NCBI GenBank assembly: GCA_040388905.1
Contig: JAZKAY010000002.1
Location: 188,054 to 252,053, forward strand
Direction of reading: 5' to 3'
DNA: 64,000 bases
DNA from: Pseudomonadota bacterium
GTDB taxonomy: Bacteria; Pseudomonadota; Gammaproteobacteria; Burkholderiales; Burkholderiaceae_C
In this document: positions 35,746-46,342 of the stretch, one piece after another
Layout of the letters: the number at the start of each line of letters is the position of its first letter
Numbering within the stretch: position 1 is the stretch's first letter
Translations under genes and position numbers: made by a program
Notes under the pieces: generated by a model
Databases searched by the model: none
Told to the model about the DNA's origin: nothing
The model's input: the letters and a program-made list of their open reading frames with translations, nothing else

Positions 35746-36609
35746 CTAAATTTCTATTTCCGCCGCAAGCGGCGCATGGTCGGACAGATGTGACCACGGC
35801 TTGTTGGGCAGAACCACAGGCGCATGGCCAATGGCGTTACGCACGTAAATCCGGTCCAGCCGCAGCAACGGGAGCCGCGCGGGAAAGGTTCTTGCCGGAT
35901 GGCCGTTGGCCTGTACAAACACCTCGTGCAGGCCGGCACCCTCGGCCAGCTGCTTGCCTGCGCGGTGCCGCCAGTCATTGAAGTCACCTGCCACGATGAG
36001 GGGCGCAGCTGCGGGGACGGTGTCCTCCACCAGCTTGCAGAGTTTTTGCATCTGCTGCATGCGGTGGGCTTCAGTCAGGCTCAGGTGCACGCAAATCGCA
36101 TGGACGTTGAGGGAGCGACCCGGGATCTGCAGCTCACAGTGCAGCAGGCCGCGGCGCTCGGGTCCGCTGATGGACACATCGTGGTTCTCAAAACGCACGA
36201 TGGGGAATTTGGACATGATGGCGTTGCCGTGGTCGCCATGCGTGTAGACCGCATTGCGCCCGTAGGCAAATTGAGGCCAGATGCTGTCCGCCAGGAATTC
36301 GTAATGCGGTGTATCCGGGTAGTTGTCAAACCTGTCCTGATGGGTGGTGTGGCTGCCCGTTACTTCCTGCAGGAACACCACATCTGCGCCCACGGTACGC
36401 ACAGCCTCCCTCAACTCGGGCAGGATGAACTTGCGGTTGAAGAATGTAAAGCCCTTGTGGATGTTGACGGTCAGTACCTTGAGCGAAAAAGTCATGGCTG
36501 CCGTGGCCAGCGCTTCCTGCGTCTGGGCGACGACATCCGCATCCGTCCCGGATGACAGGTCGACAGGTGTTTGTTCAGTGACAGAAATGACAGAAGCGGG
36601 AGTGGACAT
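35746..36609 (-). CDS. ybhP: endonuclease/exonuclease/phosphatase (EEP) family protein, YbhP-like
   Basis: ORF 35746-36648, start moved to ATG 36609. EEP motifs are present (VLTVNIHKG, ADVVFLQEV, GDFNDW, SDHAPL). Confidence 0.85.
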   Translation of the reverse strand: MSTPASVISVTEQTPVDLSSGTDADVVAQTQEALATAAMTFSLKVLTVNIHKGFTFFNRKFILPELREAVRTVGADVVFLQEVTGSHTTHQDRFDNYPDTPHYEFLADSIWPQFAYGRNAVYTHGDHGNAIMSKFPIVRFENHDVSISGPERRGLLHCELQIPGRSLNVHAICVHLSLTEAHRMQQMQKLCKLVEDTVPAAAPLIVAGDFNDWRHRAGKQLAEGAGLHEVFVQANGHPARTFPARLPLLRLDRIYVRNAIGHAPVVLPNKPWSHLSDHAPLAAEIEI

Positions 36610-36999
36610 ATGAATTACGAAACTGCACATGCAGTGAAGCGCAGGCAATGATGGAAACCATCATTAAAACAAACCGTTGCCGAGATTGTTGTGCAAGCGC
36701 CCCGGCCTTCATGTAGGACCGCAAGCTAATTGTGTGTATGAAGGCGTTTGCCACCGGGGTTGCCAGTGTGATCCGGTTTTGTACACCTGCCTGAAACGGG
36801 TTTTGCATGAGTGTCGGGCGTACTGTCCTACGCGCGGGAGCGGGTAGCGCCGATAAGCCGCCACACGACTTGCCGCCTAAATTGAAATCAACCAAACCAG
36901 TTGGTCTGGCTTCTGATGAAGTGCCTTGTTCAGGCGCGGTTCAGATTGTTGGTACTGGAATGACCTGTCAGGTCTTCCGGGTTTCTAAAGGAGTCAAAA

Positions 37000-37515
37000 A
37001 TGAACAAGTTCTCAATCCGATCCATCCCCGCTGCCATCGCCCTCACGGCAACAATGGCCCTGTCGGCTCACGCGCAGGTTGGCCTGGGCGTTGGTGCCGG
37101 TGTTGGCGTCAATGCCGGCACAGGCGTGTCCACATCTGGTACCGGCGTGGGCGCAGGTGTGCGTACCGGCGTGAATGCCAATATTGGCAGTGATGTGCGT
37201 TCCAGCGCAGGCAACTCCGCCACCAACGGGTCTGCTGAAGCAGGACTGAATGCAGGTACCAACGCCAACGTCAACACCGGCGCCGTTACCAGCGGTGCAG
37301 CCCGTGCCGGTGCACGTACCTCGGCAGCAGTGCAGGGCAGCGCAGATGCCGCCGCAAACACAACCCGCCGCACGGCGCGTCGCGCTGCGAATACAGGCGG
37401 TGACGTTGCAGCACGCGCTGGCGGCACGGTTCGCAGCACTGTCCCGTCGTCTGCCGGTGTGTCGGCTGGCGCATCTGCAAACATGCAGGGTAACTTAAGC
37501 GGTCAGGCCAACTAA
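37000..37515 (+). CDS. hypothetical secreted Gly/Ala/Asn/Thr-rich low-complexity protein
   Basis: AAAGGAG lies 6 nt before the ATG. Signal peptide ...ATMALSAHA-QV. Codon choice (GGT, CGT, GCA) looks like a well-expressed gene. The antisense ORF lacks a start context. Confidence 0.65.
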   Translation: MNKFSIRSIPAAIALTATMALSAHAQVGLGVGAGVGVNAGTGVSTSGTGVGAGVRTGVNANIGSDVRSSAGNSATNGSAEAGLNAGTNANVNTGAVTSGAARAGARTSAAVQGSADAAANTTRRTARRAANTGGDVAARAGGTVRSTVPSSAGVSAGASANMQGNLSGQAN

Positions 37516-37539
37516 AAACCGCATCGGCGGCCCGGCTTC

Positions 37540-37566
37540 AGGACTCATTGCGTGGCAATGAGTCCT
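37540..37566 (+). terminator. perfect 12-bp hairpin downstream of 37000-37515
   Basis: AGGACTCATTGC-GTG-GCAATGAGTCCT, with no U-tract after it. Confidence 0.4.
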
Positions 37567-37708
37567 ACAGAAGCTCAGCCTTGTCGCCGATGTGCGCTGC
37601 AAGCCAGGCGCATTAACTTGAAAGGTCTGGGTCAATCAACGACAGGCCTTGCAAAAGTCTCCAGCGAATATGCAATCCGCAAACATTTTTAATCCAAAGG
37701 AAATTCAA

Positions 37709-38101
37709 ATGAACAAGTCCACAATGTCAGTCCTCCTCGCAGCCATGATGGCTGTATCCGGTTTTGCCGCAGCACAGACATCCGATGTGAAATCGGGTAC
37801 CCAGGGCGGTGCAGGTCCCACTGGAGCCAGCGGGATGGGCGACAACGGCGCGTCCGTGAAGTCACGCGCTGAAGTCAAATCAGAAATCGTTCCGCAAAAG
37901 TCAGGCATTGGCGGTGGCTCGGGTACCAGCCGTGCCAACAACCCCAACACCGCCAAGACCACCGAAGGTGGCCCACAGGCTCCGAAGATGACCCGCGAAG
38001 AGCGCAAGGCCCAGCGCGCCGAAGCCCGTGCAGCGCGTCAGGCACGCCTGGCAGGCAATGCCGGTAACACACCCCAGAAGGAAGGCAAGTCCTCCAACTA
38101 A
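37709..38101 (+). CDS. hypothetical secreted low-complexity protein (possibly DUF4148-like)
   Basis: AAGGAAA lies 6 nt before ATG 37709. Signal peptide MNKSTMSVLLAAMMAVSGFAAA-QT, an SRAEVKSEIV segment, and a basic Ala/Arg-rich tail. Confidence 0.65.
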   Translation: MNKSTMSVLLAAMMAVSGFAAAQTSDVKSGTQGGAGPTGASGMGDNGASVKSRAEVKSEIVPQKSGIGGGSGTSRANNPNTAKTTEGGPQAPKMTREERKAQRAEARAARQARLAGNAGNTPQKEGKSSN

Positions 38102-38152
38102 GGTCCGACCTGCCGGACGGGGAGCTTGCTATTGCCAGCTACCCGCACCAGA

Positions 38153-38181
38153 GCCCCGCCGTATCAGGTGGGGCTTTTTGC
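38153..38181 (+). terminator. Rho-independent terminator
   Basis: AGCCCCGCC-GTATC-AGGTGGGGCT: a 9-bp stem (one G-U pair) followed by TTTTT. Confidence 0.8.
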
Positions 38182-38246
38182 TTTCTGCTGACGTGAAATA
38201 AACGGGCGGCTGCAAATCCGCCCTGCGTTGACAGCCAGGGGCACGC

Positions 38247-39317
38247 CTACTTGGGACGCGGGCGCTCCTGCTTGCGATCTGGCTGTTTGAGTTCTCCTGC
38301 CCGTAGCTGCTTTACGGCCATTGCCACAGCTGCTGCAACATTTCTGACTTCTGCCAGTACGTTTTTATCAGCGTCCAGGGTGTCGTGGCTGGTGGCATAG
38401 GGTTCGTAGTAGCCGATGTAGCGGTCGAGTTTTGCCTGGGTACCGGCGTCAATCAGGCCCATCCAGTCCAGCCAGTCCGTCAGGCTGCGCCTGGCGCCTT
38501 CGATACCGGCAACGTCACCGTGCACAACCACTCCATAGGCACGGCCATTCAGGTGTTTTGGATAGTCCCAGCCCTTCATCTCAAGCTGTTTTGCCAATTC
38601 AGGTTTTTTGCCGCCTGTGGTGGTCGGATCGGGATTGCCACCATCCGCGCACACCAGCCGGTCTATCATGAGTTTGAGCGGGCTGGGTGATTGATACCAG
38701 TGCACCGGCGTGAGAATGATCACGCCGTGCGCAGCAACCCAGCGCTCATAGATTTCCGCCATCCAGTCGCCGGTCTGGCCCAACGAATGGTTGGGGTAGC
38801 AGCTGCAGGGCCAGTGGCACAGCGGCATGGCCGTGGACACACAACCCTTGCAGGGGTGAATGTTCAGGTTGTAGCTGGACGTGAGCAGGCTGAGGTCGAG
38901 CACATCCACTTCCATGCCGGCTTTGGCCAGCACCGTCTTCGCAGTATTGGCCAGCCGCCACGTTTTTGAAATTTCACCGGGACAGGTGCCGTCATTGCGC
39001 GGGGATCCGCAGACCAGCAGTACGCGGGAGGGGGTTGCCGGTTTGCTCCATGCTGACTGCGCTTTTTTCAGCCGGGCACGCGTTTCAAGCCATTCGACGG
39101 ACATGTCGTAATCGGGGTTGGCAAAAGCCGGGCCGGCCTTGCGCGTAACCGGTGCCTTGCGGCCCTCCTTGTAAGCACTCCAGGCCACGTCTTCAACGCG
39201 CGACAGGGCATCGCCTTCAGCCCTGAAAGCCGGATCCATGAAGGACTGCATGAAGCGTTCGTGGAACTCCTTGCGCGTGAGAACGGCCGGCGCCTGGCCT
39301 TTGCGGATTTTGATCAT
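38247..39317 (-). CDS. flavodoxin-fold NAD(P)H-dependent FMN reductase-like protein with a Cys-rich insert
   Basis: LLVCGSPRNDGTCPGEISKT (FMN-reductase P-loop-like), HPCKGCVSTAMPLCHWPCSC, and VIILTPVHWYQSPSPLK. Confidence 0.7.
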   Translation of the reverse strand: MIKIRKGQAPAVLTRKEFHERFMQSFMDPAFRAEGDALSRVEDVAWSAYKEGRKAPVTRKAGPAFANPDYDMSVEWLETRARLKKAQSAWSKPATPSRVLLVCGSPRNDGTCPGEISKTWRLANTAKTVLAKAGMEVDVLDLSLLTSSYNLNIHPCKGCVSTAMPLCHWPCSCYPNHSLGQTGDWMAEIYERWVAAHGVIILTPVHWYQSPSPLKLMIDRLVCADGGNPDPTTTGGKKPELAKQLEMKGWDYPKHLNGRAYGVVVHGDVAGIEGARRSLTDWLDWMGLIDAGTQAKLDRYIGYYEPYATSHDTLDADKNVLAEVRNVAAAVAMAVKQLRAGELKQPDRKQERPRPK

Positions 39318-39461
39318 CGGACCAGTTTAAGAAGCGCGAGAGACACAAAAAGCGCTTTCGGGAGCAGTCCTACGCCGCCTTGCGCGGCCGTCCGAGCGCA
39401 GGCAATGCGAGCCCTGCAACATCAGGCGAGTATGCTGTACCTTTAACAATAAGGGAGCTTC

Positions 39462-39830
39462 ATGTCACGCGCACTACTCGACGAAACGCATGTTCATCCG
39501 GCCATAAAAAAGCGGCTGTCCGGCTGGCACCAGTCCATCGTGAATGAAGTGCAGGCTGCCGTGTCCGCCAACGATGTGGTGGTGGTCGGCATGGGCATCA
39601 ACCCGTTCGTAAAAAAAGCACGCAAGGCGCTGGGCCAGGCTGACATCGCTTTCACATACCTTGAGTATGGAAATTACTTCAGCCTGTGGCGCGAACGCAC
39701 TGCACTAAAAATGTGGACGGGCTGGCCCACCTTGCCCATGGTCTTTGTGCGGGGCACATTGATTGGCGGCGCAACCGACCTCGAAAAACTCATCGCCAAC
39801 GGTGAACTGAAAGCCCTGCTCGCCAAATAA
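39462..39830 (+). CDS. glutaredoxin-fold protein lacking the active-site cysteines
   Basis: AGGGAG upstream. VVVVGMGINPFVKKARKAL...WPTLPMVFVRGTLIGGATDLEKLIANGELKALL is colinear with monothiol Grx, but GINPF replaces CGFS. Confidence 0.75.
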   Translation: MSRALLDETHVHPAIKKRLSGWHQSIVNEVQAAVSANDVVVVGMGINPFVKKARKALGQADIAFTYLEYGNYFSLWRERTALKMWTGWPTLPMVFVRGTLIGGATDLEKLIANGELKALLAK

Positions 39831-39833
39831 AAA

Positions 39834-39868
39834 CCCGCATCGGATGTCTGGACAACAGTCGATGCGGG
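39834..39868. terminator. hairpin between convergent genes
   Basis: CCCGCATCG (39834-39842) pairs with CGATGCGGG (39860-39868). The stem is 9 bp and the loop 17 nt. There is no U-tract. Confidence 0.35.
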
Positions 39869-39919
39869 CAGAGGCAGAGGCCCGGGCCAGGCAAACCTGC
39901 CCGGGCATGGAGAACGGGC

Positions 39920-40459
39920 TTAACCCTTCTGTGGACCGCCGTGATGGCCTGGGCCATGGCGGCGTTTGGCATGCTCGGTATCAAAGACCTTTTGCTGCTC
40001 TGGCGTCAGTGCTGCATAAAAAGTCTTGGTTGCTTCACCGCGCTTGTCCATTGCCGCATTCATCGCGCTCATGCGTTGGGCGCGCATTTCCTTCATCTTG
40101 TCTATGCGTTGCGGCGTGGTCAGCTTGTCGAACTCGGCGCGCTGCTCAGGCGTGGGGCGGGCACCGCGGACAGGCGGTTGCATGGACGCCGTGTAAGCCG
40201 ACCATGCACCTTCCTGTGCCGGGGTGATTTTCAGTTTGGCTTTCATGTCCGCCTGCCGCTTGGCCATCATGGCCTGCATTTTTGCGGGATCGTGACGGCC
40301 CATGCGCTCGCCGGGAGGGCCAGAAGGCTTGCCTGCAACAGCAGGTCCTGCAGGCGGCGCAGCGGGAGCGCCCTGCGCCATCGCGCTGGCCCCCACAGTT
40401 GCCAGCAGGCCGGCGAGTACAAAGCTGTTCAGGGCAGAAGATTTGATAGCGAATTTCAT
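39920..40459 (-). CDS. Spy/CpxP (LTXXQ-motif) family periplasmic protein
   Basis: ORF 39920-40861, start moved to ATG 40459 (MKFAIKSSALNSFVLAGLLATVGASAMA signal). LTXXQ-like motifs ITPAQ and LTPEQQ; His-rich C-terminus. Confidence 0.8.
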   Translation of the reverse strand: MKFAIKSSALNSFVLAGLLATVGASAMAQGAPAAPPAGPAVAGKPSGPPGERMGRHDPAKMQAMMAKRQADMKAKLKITPAQEGAWSAYTASMQPPVRGARPTPEQRAEFDKLTTPQRIDKMKEMRAQRMSAMNAAMDKRGEATKTFYAALTPEQQKVFDTEHAKRRHGPGHHGGPQKG

Positions 40460-40508
40460 GGAGAGCTTCCTTTCGAGAAGATGCCTGATATCCGGAATTG
40501 GCCTCAGG

Positions 40509-40528
40509 TTGGAAGCAAGTTTGGAAGC
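40509..40528 (-). promoter_or_regulatory. direct repeat TTGGAAGC-N4-TTGGAAGC upstream of the Spy-like gene
   Basis: Two exact 8-mers with a 12-bp period, 50-70 nt upstream of ATG 40459. This is the geometry of a response-regulator site. Confidence 0.35.
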
Positions 40529-40698
40529 CCCATGTATCGCAGCCATTGCGGCGCAGTGATGGTTTGTAAAGTTTGATGAAAACCTGGTTTCCGCAGACGT
40601 GGAATTTTGGGGCATCACGGCCAGTGGCGCCGTGGAACTGGCTTCGCCAGGCCACAGGCGCCGTCCCCTGCAAGGGGAGAACAGGCTACACGCAGTGA

Positions 40699-42849
<2,151 letters not shown>

Positions 42850-42868
42850 GAGAGGACACGTAACACTC

Positions 42869-43957
42869 ATGAGCAAACTTCACGTCGGCATCGCAGGTGC
42901 GGGGTTGGCCGGGCGCACACTGGCCTGGCGGCTTTTACGCGCCGGTTGCCGCGTGAGCCTGTTTGATGCACGCCAGCGCGGCGACATCAATACCGCCTCC
43001 ATGACGGCAGCGGCCATGCTCTCGCCGCTGGCCGAGCTGGCGGTTGCCGACGACGAAGTATTTGCCATGGGAAGACGCTCGCTTGAACTGTGGCCTGAGT
43101 GGATTGCCGATATGGCGTCGCAAGGGCATGGGGTCTACTTCCGCAAGGAGGGAACCCTGGTCGTCGCCCACACGCAGGACCAGAGTTCGCTGGAGCATTT
43201 CACACGCTTGCTGCAACACAAGCTGCCCGATTCATCGAAAGCACAACTGCAAACCCTGGATGCGACGGCCCTTGGCCAGATGGAGCCCGCGCTGGCAGGG
43301 CGTTTCAGTAGGGGCCTGTTTCTGGACGGCGAAGGCCAGTTGGCCAACGACCAGTGGATGGCCGCGCTGGCGATTGAAATAGACCGGTTGGGCGGCGAGT
43401 GGCATGAGGGGCAAGGCGTGGAGCGGGTCAAATCCAGACGCATCGTCTGCGCCGGCGCATCACACGATGTTGATGTGGCCGTGGATGCACGCGGTGTGGG
43501 CAGCAAGACCCAGTGGCCCCAATTGCGAGGCGTGCGAGGCGAGGTGCTGACGGTGGAATGCAGGGGCGTGACGTTGCAAAGGCCGGTGCGCCTCATGCAC
43601 CCGCGTTACCAGCTCTACGTTGCGCCTCGTCCCGACCACCAGTTTGTCGTGGGCGCCACCGAGCTGGAGTCAGAAGATGCAGGCCCCATGACGCTGCGCT
43701 CCACCCTGGAACTCGGCAGCGCGCTTTATAGCCTGCACCCTGCATTCGGGGAAGCACGCGTGTTGCGGCTTGCTGCAGCGCTGCGCCCCGCACTTGATGA
43801 CCACAGGCCTGCCATCGCCTTTCGCTGCGGGGTCTGGCACATCAATGGTTTGTACAGGCATGGGTACCTCTGTGCTCCGGCGCTGGTCGATGAACTTGCC
43901 CACAAGCTGATCAATGAGACCGTATTGAACGAAAATGCAGGCCATGACGATGCTTGA
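42869..43957 (+). CDS. thiO: glycine oxidase ThiO (FAD-dependent oxidoreductase)
   Basis: Start at ATG 42869 (MSKLHVGIAGAGLAGRTLAWRL, an FAD dinucleotide fold). Position is between thiC and thiS. Confidence 0.85.
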   Translation: MSKLHVGIAGAGLAGRTLAWRLLRAGCRVSLFDARQRGDINTASMTAAAMLSPLAELAVADDEVFAMGRRSLELWPEWIADMASQGHGVYFRKEGTLVVAHTQDQSSLEHFTRLLQHKLPDSSKAQLQTLDATALGQMEPALAGRFSRGLFLDGEGQLANDQWMAALAIEIDRLGGEWHEGQGVERVKSRRIVCAGASHDVDVAVDARGVGSKTQWPQLRGVRGEVLTVECRGVTLQRPVRLMHPRYQLYVAPRPDHQFVVGATELESEDAGPMTLRSTLELGSALYSLHPAFGEARVLRLAAALRPALDDHRPAIAFRCGVWHINGLYRHGYLCAPALVDELAHKLINETVLNENAGHDDA

Positions 43958-44153
43958 CATTTCCCTCAACGGCGAACGTGTGACCACCGATGCACCGACG
44001 CTCCACGCCCTGCTGCAGTCGCGCGGCTATGACTTCAAGTCGGCTTTTGCCTGCGCCATCAACAATGCCTTTGTGCCGCGTCCGCAATGGCCTGAGCGTG
44101 CATTACAAAATGGCGACCGCATCGACATAGTTACTCCGATCACGGGCGGCTAG
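43950..44153 (+). CDS. thiS: sulfur carrier protein ThiS
   Basis: ~67 aa ending in ...VTPITGG. The start is ambiguous (ATG 43935, 43944 or 43950). Confidence 0.85.
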   Translation: MLDISLNGERVTTDAPTLHALLQSRGYDFKSAFACAINNAFVPRPQWPERALQNGDRIDIVTPITGG

Positions 44154-44155
44154 AC

Positions 44156-44974
44156 ATGACCAGCCACATCAATTCGCCCATCGCACACGGCAATGCCTGG
44201 ACGGTTGCCGGTACCACGCTGAACAGCCGCTTCTTTCTGGGGACCTCGCACTACCCGTCACCACAGGTCCTCAGCGATGCAGTTGCTGCCTCCGGTACAG
44301 AAGTCCTCACTGTCGGCCTGCGCCGCCTGCAACCAGAGAGTGGTGGGGGCAACAGCTTCTGGCAGCGCGTGCAAAGCATGAAGTGCCACATCCTGCCCAA
44401 CACCGCAGGCTGCCACAGCGCAGAAGAAGCCATCACGCTGGCACAAATGGCGCGCGAGATTTTCGGCACCACCTGGATCAAGCTCGAAGTCATAGGTGAC
44501 GACTACACATTGCAACCCGATCCCCAGGCCACGTTGCAGGCGGCCACCGTTCTGGCGAAAGAAGGCTTCGCCGTCTTCGCCTACACCACCGATGACCTGG
44601 TCATTGCACAGCGCCTGCGCGATGCGGGTTGTGCAGCTGTCATGCCCTGGGCTGCTCCGATTGGCACTGGCCGCGGCCCGTTGAACCCCTACGCACTTGA
44701 AACCATGCGCCGCCGCCTGCCTGATGCCGTGCTGGTGGTGGATGCGGGCCTCGGCCGGCCGTCCCATGCCGCGCAGGTGATGGAGATGGGTTTTGATGCG
44801 GTGCTCCTCAACACCGCAGTGGCGCAGGCCGGCGACCCGGTACGCATGGCTCGCGCGTTTGCCGATGGCATTGCAGCCGGGCGTGCTGCCTATGAATCAA
44901 CCCCTATGCCGGAGCGGGCTGCGGCGCAGGCTTCCACACCGACAGTTGGTGTACCTTTCTGGCATGCACCATGA
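44156..44974 (+). CDS. thiG: thiazole synthase ThiG
   Basis: ILPNTAGC, KLEVIGD and VMPWAAPIGTGRG; colinear with ThiG. Confidence 0.93.
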   Translation: MTSHINSPIAHGNAWTVAGTTLNSRFFLGTSHYPSPQVLSDAVAASGTEVLTVGLRRLQPESGGGNSFWQRVQSMKCHILPNTAGCHSAEEAITLAQMAREIFGTTWIKLEVIGDDYTLQPDPQATLQAATVLAKEGFAVFAYTTDDLVIAQRLRDAGCAAVMPWAAPIGTGRGPLNPYALETMRRRLPDAVLVVDAGLGRPSHAAQVMEMGFDAVLLNTAVAQAGDPVRMARAFADGIAAGRAAYESTPMPERAAAQASTPTVGVPFWHAP

Positions 44975-45621
44975 GCGACAACGCCTTTTCCCCACTGACT
45001 GGTCCCATAGGCTTTTACCCGGTCGTGCCCACAGCCGATTGGGTGGAGCGCCTGCTGGGCTGGGGCGTGCGCACAATCCAGCTGCGCATCAAGTCAGCAG
45101 ACCACACGCCAGAAGAGATTGCCCGCGAAGTCAGGGCCGCCATTGAAGCCGGCAACAAGGTGCCCGGTGCGCAGGTCTTCATCAACGACCACTGGCAGCT
45201 AGCGCTGGCGGCTGGCGCTTATGGCGTTCACCTGGGCCAGGAAGACCTGGACATTGCCGACATCGAAGCCCTGCGCAAGGCCGGCATCAGGCTGGGGCTG
45301 AGCACGCACACACCCGCAGAACTGGCTCGGGCACATGCGGTGCACCCATCCTATCTGGCCATAGGGCCGATCTATCCGACCACGCTCAAGGTCATGCCCT
45401 ATGAGCCCGTGGGTCTGGAGTGCCTCAAGGTGTGGGTGCCGGATGCCGCGCCTTGCCCGGTGGTTGCCATAGGCGGCATCTCACTGGAGCGCATGCCTGG
45501 CGTGATGGCCTGCGGCGTGGACGGCGTGGCCGTGGTCAGCGCCGTCACACTGGCCACTGATCCCCGCCAGGCCGCACTTGAAGGCCTCAGGCTGGCTGGC
45601 ATACCCCGCCGGGGGGATTGA
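44971..45621 (+). CDS. thiE: thiamine-phosphate synthase ThiE
   Basis: ATGA overlap with thiG. Motifs VQLRIK, GVHLGQEDL and VVAIGGI. Confidence 0.9.
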   Translation: MSDNAFSPLTGPIGFYPVVPTADWVERLLGWGVRTIQLRIKSADHTPEEIAREVRAAIEAGNKVPGAQVFINDHWQLALAAGAYGVHLGQEDLDIADIEALRKAGIRLGLSTHTPAELARAHAVHPSYLAIGPIYPTTLKVMPYEPVGLECLKVWVPDAAPCPVVAIGGISLERMPGVMACGVDGVAVVSAVTLATDPRQAALEGLRLAGIPRRGD

Positions 45622-45652
45622 GGCGGCGCCGCTTTTTTGTTAGGGTCTGGGC

Positions 45653-46342
45653 ATGAGCCCTGATGCCCGCCCGGACGACAGACGTGTGCCTCTGGATGTC
45701 CTGATCGTCGAAGACGAGCCCTATCACATGGACAGGCTCTGCCAGAACCTGCAACTCGACAACAGCCTGGCGCTTGCTGGTGCGTTCTCAAGCGGCGGGG
45801 CAGCGCTGGATGCACTGGCGGAACTGCTGCCCGACGTGGCACTGGTGGACCTGGGTTTGCCCGACATGGATGGCTTTGAGCTGATCCGCCGAATACGTGC
45901 GCGCTGCCCCACAACAGACGTGCTGGTGGTGTCCGTATTTGGCTCTGAGTACCATCTGCTGCATGCGATAGAGGCGGGTGCTACGGGCTATCTGCTCAAG
46001 GATTCACCTGCGGCCGACTTCAATGCAGCCATCCATGCCGTGCATGCGGGGGAGTCACCCATCAGCCCTGCACTGGCGCGACACCTCCTTCGCCGCTGCG
46101 TCGGCATGGCGCCCAGCAATCCGTCGCCCGATCCCAAAGACGTGGGCTTGCTGTCGCAGCGCGAAACCGGCATTCTCGAAGCCATCGCGCGAGGTGACAG
46201 TCTTCCGGAGATCGGCCGCAAATTGTTCATCTCGCCGCACACGGTGAAAACCCACGTGAAGAATATCTACCGCAAGCTCGAAACACATACGCGGCATGAA
46301 GCCGTGCTGGTGGCCCGGCAACGAGGGCTCATCCACCCATGA
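45653..46342 (+). CDS. NarL/FixJ (LuxR-type HTH) family response regulator
   Basis: Receiver domain (VLIVEDEP...DLGLPDMDG) plus LuxR HTH (LSQRETGILEAIARGDSLPEIGRKLFISPHTVKTHVKNIYRKL). Confidence 0.9.
   Translation: MSPDARPDDRRVPLDVLIVEDEPYHMDRLCQNLQLDNSLALAGAFSSGGAALDALAELLPDVALVDLGLPDMDGFELIRRIRARCPTTDVLVVSVFGSEYHLLHAIEAGATGYLLKDSPAADFNAAIHAVHAGESPISPALARHLLRRCVGMAPSNPSPDPKDVGLLSQRETGILEAIARGDSLPEIGRKLFISPHTVKTHVKNIYRKLETHTRHEAVLVARQRGLIHP

Noticed and set aside
36638-36650. 13-mer AGCGCAGGCAATG shared with 39395-39407, and the recurring GTCCTACG words at 29306, 36827, 37562 and 39367
   Set aside because: For 64 kb on both strands I expect dozens of chance 13-mer repeats, and far more for 8-mers. 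Orientation and distance to genes are inconsistent, so I treated these as coincidence.
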